DNA from: Eledone cirrhosa
Lineage: Eukaryota
NCBI GenBank assembly: GCA_964016885.1
Contig: OZ024763.1
Location: 6,448,001 to 6,512,000, forward strand
DNA: 64,000 bases
Direction of reading: 5' to 3'
The first letter of the stretch is position 1; each line of letters begins with the position of its first letter. The notes under the pieces are model-generated. The model was not told the DNA's origin. It worked only from the letters and a program-made list of their open reading frames with translations, and made no database searches. This document shows, piece after piece, positions 56,345 to 64,000 of this stretch. The position numbers were made by a program, and so were the translations under genes.

Positions 56345-56790
56345 TAAACCCAGTTTGGCCAGGATTCAACAGACCTATTAGCAAAGTTGACCTTGGTTCA
56401 GCTCAGATCAGCTGACCTATGATCAGAGATAGCCCCCAGTTCAGTCCAGATCAGCTAACCACAGATCAAAGTTGACCTTGGTTCAGCTCAGATCAGATGA
56501 CCTATGAGCCAAGGTGACCTATATTTAGCCCAGATCCACTTATGATCAAAATTAACCCCAGTTCAATCCAGTTCCAGCTGACCTATGATCAAAGTTAATC
56601 CCAGTTCAGTCCAGATCAGCAGACCTGTTATCAAAGTTGACTTCAGTTCAGCCTCAAACCATCTGACATCTGCTCAAAGTTGACCTCGGTTCAGTCCAAA
56701 GCCAACAAACATATGATGAAAGTTGACTTTGATTCAGCCCAGATCCAGCTGACCTCTGATCAAAGGTGACCCCAGTCTAGTTCAGCCATG
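56345..56790. repeat. Degenerate about 42-bp tandem repeat
   Basis: gatcaaagttgacc..ggttcag..cagatcagctgacctat about 10 times; related to 38035-38232. Confidence 0.8.
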
Positions 56791-56889
56791 TATGTATATA
56801 TGTATCATTATCATCATCATCATCATCGTTTAACGTCCATTTTCCATGCTAGCATGTGTATGTATGTGTGTATATATGTATATATATAT

Positions 56890-57065
56890 AATTGTTTCTA
56901 CTTTAGGCACAAGGCCAGTAATTACCCAGTGCATTACTGGTACTTTATTTTATCGACCCCGTAAGGATGAAAGGCAAAGTCAACCTCGGCAATGAAAATT
57001 ATTGTATTCAGTGCTCAGGTGCACTACAACTTATCAAAGGTGCATATATAGTACATAGAATAATG
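56890..57065 (-). mobile_element. OR-like SINE 3' part fused to CR1 3' tail
   Basis: SINE 56890-56990; aatgaaaattattgtattcagtgctcaggtgcactacaac 56991-57065. Confidence 0.75.
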
Positions 57066-57083
57066 TATATATATATATATATA

Positions 57084-57273
57084 TAACGAAGGAAATGTGG
57101 TAAGGAACCAGATTGACCATAACGCACCAAAGTACTCAATACTTAGGGTAGTAGAGTGGGTAATAGGAACAAGTATGACCCCGACGGCAGAGCTGAAGCC
57201 GTTTCGACGGCTAATTCAGTCCAGAATTAGCCGTTGAAACGGATTGAGCTCTGCCGTCGGGGTCATACTTGTT

Positions 57274-57278
<5 letters not shown>
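57084..57278 (-). mobile_element. Asymmetric palindromic Penelope-like element (inverted copy of 27947-28140)
   Basis: Palindrome 57163-57278 with the same centre (aattc.gtccagaatt). Confidence 0.78.
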
Positions 57279-57336
<58 letters not shown>

Positions 57337-57469
57337 ATACTTTGGGTGGGTCATGCTGCCAATAAAAATACACACACACACACCTGTTGGTTTTCAGTTC
57401 AAATTATTATAAATTTCCGGTTGGTTGGTTGGTTGGTTGGTTCAATAACTGGATGGTTGTTTATATATT

Positions 57470-57512
57470 GTCAAAGCTCTTTTGTCACACATTCTGTGAC
57501 CTCCTCAGTGAC
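57470..57512 (-). ncRNA. Degenerate hammerhead (G12A)
   Basis: Minus strand GTCA-CTGAGGA-g-GTCACA gaatg TGTGAC-AAA-AGAGCT-T-TGAC; same family as 679-720. Confidence 0.55.
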
Positions 57513-57558
57513 TGGGTTTTTATTTTGTGTCTCTCCTTTGTTCTGTCCTACACCATTT

Positions 57559-57588
<30 letters not shown>

Positions 57589-57591
<3 letters not shown>

Positions 57592-57847
57592 TCATCATCA
57601 TCATCATCAGGTTTAGCGTCCGTGTTCCACGCTTGCATGGGTTTGGACGGGGGTTTTCCCACTTGAAGCAAGAGTGGTTGTCTTGCTCGCATAGGACTGT
57701 CTGGCGGGTTTTCTACAGCTGGATGCCCTTCCTAACACCAACCACATTTACAGTGTGGGGCTGGGAGGTTTTTACCGTGTTGCCTACACGGCCACATTAC
57801 AGCGTGGACTGTCTGGCGGGTTTTCTACAGCTGGATGCCCTTCCTAA
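57589..57847 (-). mobile_element. SINE-like retroposon with (CAT)n tail
   Basis: Matches 3230-3400 and 30979-31190. Confidence 0.8.
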
Positions 57848-57869
57848 TATATATATATTTGTGTCAAAT

Positions 57870-58517
57870 GCAGGTAGGATCTATAGAGGTGGTTGATAGC
57901 TTCTGATACCTAGATGATCAGATTAACAAGGGAGCAGGATGCTCTGAGGCCATAGTATCTAGAATAAGGACAGGATGGAAGAAGTTTATGGAGCTGCTTC
58001 CTCTGTTGACAACGAAGGGTTTCTCCCTACGAACGAAAGGTCAGTTATGTGATGTCTGTGTGAATGCGTGATGCTGCATGGTAGTGATAGATGGGCAGCA
58101 ACTGCGGAGGATATGCAACGGTTGGAGGGAAATGAAGCAGGCATGCTCTGATGGATGTGCAATGTTAATGTACGTGAACGACCAAGATTAGACGAATTGG
58201 GAGTGAAACTGTGTATAAGAGGAATAAACTGTAGTGTGCAGGAGAGAAGACTGAGGTGGTATGGCCATGTGATGTGTATGGAAGATGACCACTGGGTGAA
58301 GAAGTGCCAAGAAATCCCGGTGGAAGGAAAGCACAGTCGAGGAAGACCACGAAAGACATGGGTGGAGTTGGTGAGAGCAGACCTCAGATCACTGAAGCTC
58401 ACAGAGGAGACTACAAGGGGCAATGTCGAATGGAAGAGATGCTGTGCGGAAGAGGACCATCCCACCCTTGCAAACAGAGAAAAGCGGATGTAAAATGATG
58501 ATGATGATGATGATGAT
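57870..58517 (+). mobile_element. RTE-clade LINE 3' fragment (family B), decayed RT C-terminus and (GAT)n tail
   Basis: MLHGSD.W...MCNV...LGVKLCIRGINCSVQERRLRWYGHVMCMEDDHWVKKC.EIPVEG..SRGRPRKTW.E.VRADL. Confidence 0.88.
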
Positions 58518-58724
58518 AATATATATATATATGTCTAACCACTCCCAGTTGATCAAAATCTTATGCAATCTTTCTACATTATTTACAATATACATTATTA
58601 TTTATTTACATGCTGCCACCACCACCGCCACCATTACCGCCACCAACGCCGCCACCACCATTTAACTCTGTCGCAATTTCTGTTTCTATCATATACATAC
58701 GTATGTATATGATATATGTATATG

Positions 58725-58774
<50 letters not shown>

Positions 58775-59044
58775 CATATATCATATATATATCATATATA
58801 TATTATATATATATATATACCCTTGCAAGCAAAGCAAAGCGGATGTAAGATGATGATAATGAAATATATATATATGAGTGAATGTATGTGATATATATAT
58901 ATATATAATGGGTGTACGTATGTGTGGTATATATATATATATATATATGTATGTATATATATATGTATGTATATATGGGCATGTGTGTATTTACATGTGA
59001 GAAGAATGCAATGAAAACACACCCACACTTGTCAGCTTCCAAGA

Positions 59045-59350
59045 CAGCACATCCTTCTACTGCACCACATAGCTTACCTCCCCTTCCTTCCACTGCACAA
59101 TATAGCTTATCTCCCTTCCTTTCTCCTCTGGTCTCGCCTGCATCATGTAGCTTATCTCCCTTCCTTCCTCCTCTGCCTTCCACTGTACCATATAGCTTAT
59201 CTCCCTTCTCCCTTCCTCCTCTGCCTTCGACTGCAGCATATAGCTTATCTCCCTTTTCTCTTCCTCCCCTGCCTGCCACTGCACCATATAGCTTAACTCC
59301 CCTTCTTCCCCTCTACCTTCCACTGCACAATACACAGCTTATCTCTTATC
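59045..59350. repeat. About 55-bp degenerate tandem repeat
   Basis: ccttccactgcaccatatagcttatctccc about 6 times. Confidence 0.85.
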
Positions 59351-59572
59351 CCTTCCCCCACCACCCCCACCACCATCTAGTCCTTGTTATCGCTGCGTGG
59401 TGGTGGTGGTGGTGGTGGTGGTGGTGGCAACGGTAATGTACGTGTTTGGACTCGCGTGCGCTTGTGTGTATATGTGTGTGTGTGTTTAGTTTTCTTGCTG
59501 CGTACGTGTGCAATAGCAGTGGCTGCTTTGTGATAAGCCGCTGCGCGTGTATATACATATATATATATACGT

Positions 59573-59672
<100 letters not shown>

Positions 59673-59685
59673 TATGTGTGTGTGT

Positions 59686-59721
<36 letters not shown>

Positions 59722-59833
59722 ATATATATATATCGTATATACATATATATATACGTTGTATATATATATATGTGTGTATATATATGTATATATATGTGTG
59801 TGTGTATATATATATATATGTGTGTGTATATAT

Positions 59834-59867
<34 letters not shown>

Positions 59868-59904
59868 CGTATATACATATATATATACGTTGTATATATA
59901 TATA

Positions 59905-60004
<100 letters not shown>

Positions 60005-60236
60005 TGTATGTATGTGTGTGTGTGTGTGTGTGTGTGTGGCATGTGTACGGCCAGAAACACAAACATCAGCAGCAGCTATTGTTTACATTGGCCTTGTTTC
60101 TCTTTCGACGTTGGCACAGCCTCGTTCTGGAATATTTCGACATCGTTATTATTGTTGTTGTAGTTGTTGTTTTTATTTCCGACTAGCTAACTGTTACGTT
60201 CCTTACATAACATTAACAACAACAACAACTACTACC

Positions 60237-60269
<33 letters not shown>

Positions 60270-60293
60270 ACTACTGCTGTTGCTGCTGCTACA

Positions 60294-60367
<74 letters not shown>

Positions 60368-60435
60368 TATTACTACTACCACTACCACCACCACTACTAC
60401 TACCACCACCACTATTACTACTCCTGCTATTACTA

Positions 60436-60474
<39 letters not shown>

Positions 60475-61084
60475 GCAGAAGGTTAACGCACCCAATAATA
60501 AAGTAGGGCACTACTGGTGGTGGTGCTGGAGATGGTGGGGTGGTGGTGGTGGTGGAGATGGTGGGGTGGTGTGATGGTGGAGATGGTGGTGGTGGTGGTG
60601 GTGGTGGTGGTGGTGGTGTGATGGTGGCGCTGAACGTAAAAGAAATGTATGTGGCTGTGGTTTGGATATTTAGCAATGCCACCACCACCACCACCACCAC
60701 CACCATCACCACCACCACCATCACCACCACCACCATCACCACCATCATCATCACCATCACCACCAACAACAGCAGCAGCAGTAATTTTAGTGTTGTAAGC
60801 GACTCCAAGACATTATTTAACATACAATAGGGCGATGGTGGTGGTAGTTAAGGTGGTGAAAACAGCAGCATAGTTAGTAAAAGCAGGTGTTGTTGTGATG
60901 GCAATGGTGGCGTTTGTTGGTGCTGTGTGCAGTGGTGGTGGTTATTGTGATGGTGATGGCAGCGGAGTTTGTCTTGCAGTGTTGGTGTATGTGGTAATTG
61001 TATTGTGGTGGTGATGTAAATGGTTGTGTTGTGTATGTGTGTGTAGGTGTATATCAATTACATAATGATATTACATAAAATAGT

Positions 61085-61247
61085 AAGGTTACCAGCTGGT
61101 TTTCTACAACAACAGGTAAATTTATATAAGTCAATTTATCTCTTTCTTGTTGGTATTCATCAGACTTTCTTTGTCGAATATCCGCAAGTAAGAAAGAAAC
61201 TATCCCATAAATTTACCTGTTAGTGTAGGAAGCCATCAGGTAACCTG
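61085..61247. repeat. Imperfect inverted repeat (MITE-like)
   Basis: aggttacc...ctacaacaacaggtaaatttat vs ataaatttacctgttagtgtag...ggtaacct. Confidence 0.65.
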
Positions 61248-61271
61248 TTATTTAGACTGAGAAGCTTCCAT

Positions 61272-61463
61272 GTCTTGAGACGCTCGAAGCAGCCAAAGTG
61301 CTCTAATGACCACAGTCAGTTATATCTACCAATACATCCCACGTCTTGAGACACATTAGGCAGCCAGAGTGCTCTAATGACCACAGTCAGTTATATCTAC
61401 CAATACATCTCACGTCTTGAGACACATTAGGCAGCCAAAGTGTTCCAATGACCACAGTCAGTT
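61272..61463. repeat. 71-bp tandem repeat, about 2.7 copies
   Basis: gtcttgagac starts at 61272, 61343 and 61414. Confidence 0.9.
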
Positions 61464-61654
61464 GTGTCTATCAATTCACCATTCCAACTTTTGACACCAG
61501 TTCATTTTAGGACCTCCCCTTCGCCTCTTTTCATGGGGCGTATCACCAATCGACAGTCGATCGACTTTCCTCAAATTGGACCAAGGAAACAATGTTTCCA
61601 TAGGTCTTTCCAATTGTTAATACTATCTATCGGTCACAGATCCAGGTAGAAGCA

Positions 61655-61770
61655 GCAACGTGAAATAAAGTGTCTTGCTCAAGGACATAACATATCGCCC
61701 ATTCCAGGAATTGAACTCACAACCACACAATTGCCAATCCAATTCTCTAAACACTCAGCCATGTGCCTTC
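61655..61770 (-). mobile_element. tRNA/CORE-like SINE 5' part
   Basis: Reverse complement of 29440-29555. Confidence 0.8.
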
Positions 61771-61889
61771 ACCAATACAAGAACTGGTTAGCATGTCTCT
61801 CACTTGGGAGTTGTGTGACGTGTTCCAACCAGCCAATATTGGCTCAAGCGCTATCATTTGTAAGGGCGGAAAGGTAACGGCAATTATAT

Positions 61890-62047
61890 CAACCTAGTAC
61901 TTAACCGGTACTCTATTTTGTCAACCCCCGGAGGGCTGAAAGGCAAAGTTGACCTCTGCAGGATTTGAACTGAGAATGTAAAGGGCTGTAACTAAACACA
62001 GCCAAACCTTTTGTACAATGCTCTACCGATTCTGCCAGTCCACCGCT
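61890..62047 (-). mobile_element. tRNA-derived SINE (OR-like)
   Basis: gaaaggcaaagttgacctc..ggatttgaactgag...ctctaccgattctgccagtccaccgc. Confidence 0.8.
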
Positions 62048-62069
62048 TTTTCTTTTTTTGTCACCAGTG

Positions 62070-64000
62070 GATGTTTGGGTGGCTGGGTGGTTAGTTGAGA
62101 AGATGGTTGGTTGGGTGGGTGGCTGGTTTGGTGGTTGGTTGAATGGTTGGTTGGTTTGGTGACTGTATGGATGGTTGGGCAGTTGGTTAAATGGTTGGTT
62201 GGGTAGTTAGGTGGTTGGTCAGGTGGATGGTTGGGTGGTTGGTTGAATGGTTGGTTGGGTGGATAGGTGGTTGGTCAGGTGGATGGTTGGGCAGTTGGTT
62301 GAATGGTTGGTTGGGTGGATAGGTGGTTGGTCAGGTGGATGGTTGGGTGGTTGGTTGGGTAGTTAGGTGGTTGGTCAGGTGGATGGTTGGGCAGTTGGTT
62401 GAATGGTTGGTTGGGTGGATGGTTGGTCAGGTGGATGGTTGGGTGGTTGGTTGAATGGTTGGTTGGGTGGATAGGTGGTTGGTCAGGTGGATGGTTGGGT
62501 GGTTGGTTGAATGGATAGGTGGTTGGTCAGGTGGATGGTTGGGTGGTTGGTTGAATGGTTGGTTGGGTAGATAGGTGGTTGGTCAGGTGGATGGTTGGGC
62601 AGTTGGTTGAATGGTTGGTTGGGTGGATGGTTGGGTGGTTGTGTGTGGGTGGTTGGGTGGTTGTGTGTGGATGGTTGTTTAGCTTTAGTCAGTGTTTGAT
62701 ACAACAGGTTGGTTGAATATATGTGTGTGTTACATATGTATGTGTGTGTTACATATGTATGTGTGTGTTACATATGTATGTGTGTGTTACATATGTATGT
62801 GTGTTTTACATATGTATGTGTGTTTTACATATGTATGTGTGTGTTACATATGTATGTGTGTGTTACATATGTATGTGTGTGTTACATATGTATGTGTGTG
62901 TTACATATGTATGTGTGTGTTACATATGTATGTGTGTGTTACATATGTATGTGTGTTTTACATATGTATGTGTGTGTTACATATGTATGTGTGTGTTACA
63001 TATGTATGTGTGTGTTACATATGTATGTGTGTTTTACATATGTATGTGTGTTTTACATATGTATGTGTGTGTTACATATGTATGTGTGTGTTACATATGT
63101 ATGTGTGTGTTACATATGTATGTGTGTGTTACATATGTATGTGTGTGTTACATATGTATGTGTGTGTTACATATGTATGTGTGTGTTACATATGTATGTG
63201 TGTGTTACATATGTATGTGTGTGTTACATATGTATGTGTGTGTTACATATGAATGTGTGTGTTTAATGTTTGTATGTGAAATGTGCATGTGTGTAATGTA
63301 TATGTAATGTATGTTATGTGATATAAAAGGTAAGGTAGAGCAGAAAGATTGTGTGATGTGTGTGTAGCTGTGTAATGTGTGTGGCTGTGTGATGTGTAAT
63401 GTGTGTGGCTGTGTAATGTGTGTAGCTGTGTGATGTGTGATGTGTGTAGCTGTGTGATGTGTAATGTGTGTAGCTGTGTGATGTGTAATATGTGTAATGT
63501 GTAATGTGTGTAGCTGTGTGATGTGTAATGTGCATGGTTGTGTAATGTGTGTGGCTGTGTAATGTGTGTGGCTGTGTAATGTGTGTGGTTGTGTAATGTG
63601 TGATATGTAATGTGTGTGGCTGTGTGGTGTGTAATGTATATATATGTGTAGTGTAATGTACATATATATGTGTAGTGTAATGTATGTATATGTAGTGTAA
63701 TATATATGTGTAGTGTGTATATATATATATATAGTGTAATATATATGTGTGTGTAGTGTAATGTATATATATATGGTATAATGTATATATATGTAGTGTA
63801 ATGTATATATATATATATGTAGTGTAATGTATGTATATATATATGTAGTGTAATGTATATATATGTAGTGTAATGTAGATATATATATATATGTGGTATA
63901 ATATATATATATGTGGTATAATATATATATATGTAGTGTAAGGTATATATATGTGTTGTAATGTATATATATGTAGTGTAAGGTATATATATGTAGTGTA
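62070..64000. repeat. Successive simple repeats: GGTT-rich (62070-62680), 20-bp tgtgtgttacatatgtatgt array (62722-63250), TG/TA-rich (63340-64000)
   Basis: Direct observation. Confidence 0.93.

Noticed and set aside
61135-61165. CTGATGA...GAAA on the minus strand
   Set aside because: Stems I, II and III do not pair.
61511-61645. Possible phase-2 exon
   Set aside because: Runs into a minus-strand SINE, has a weak donor, and is likely repeat-derived.

Overview
This is eukaryotic, AT-rich DNA saturated with micro- and minisatellites. Its repeat set (tRNA-derived SINEs, RTE and CR1 LINE 3' ends, (TA)n/(CAT)n seas) looks like an octopod cephalopod genome; that assignment is inferred from repeat motifs, not verified. 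Almost all long ORFs in the track are simple-repeat artefacts. A real + strand spliced gene appears to run through the window as small, phase-compatible exons (15419-15569, 17841-17923, 19376-19442, 30539-30639, then 33257-33299 and/or 56062-56193). I do not recognise its product. The most striking hidden structure is a dense, diverse set of type I hammerhead-ribozyme folds (about 9 loci, about 7 sequence families). They sit in short, often fold-back, elements embedded in (TA)n tracts and mostly share a terminal GYACTCAA motif, consistent with non-autonomous Penelope-like or retrozyme-like retroelements. Several have unusually long stem II insertions. Also present: a composite hAT MITE with crossed 8-bp flanks, minisatellites born inside SINEs and LINEs, and many (TA)n-centred fold-back inversions.
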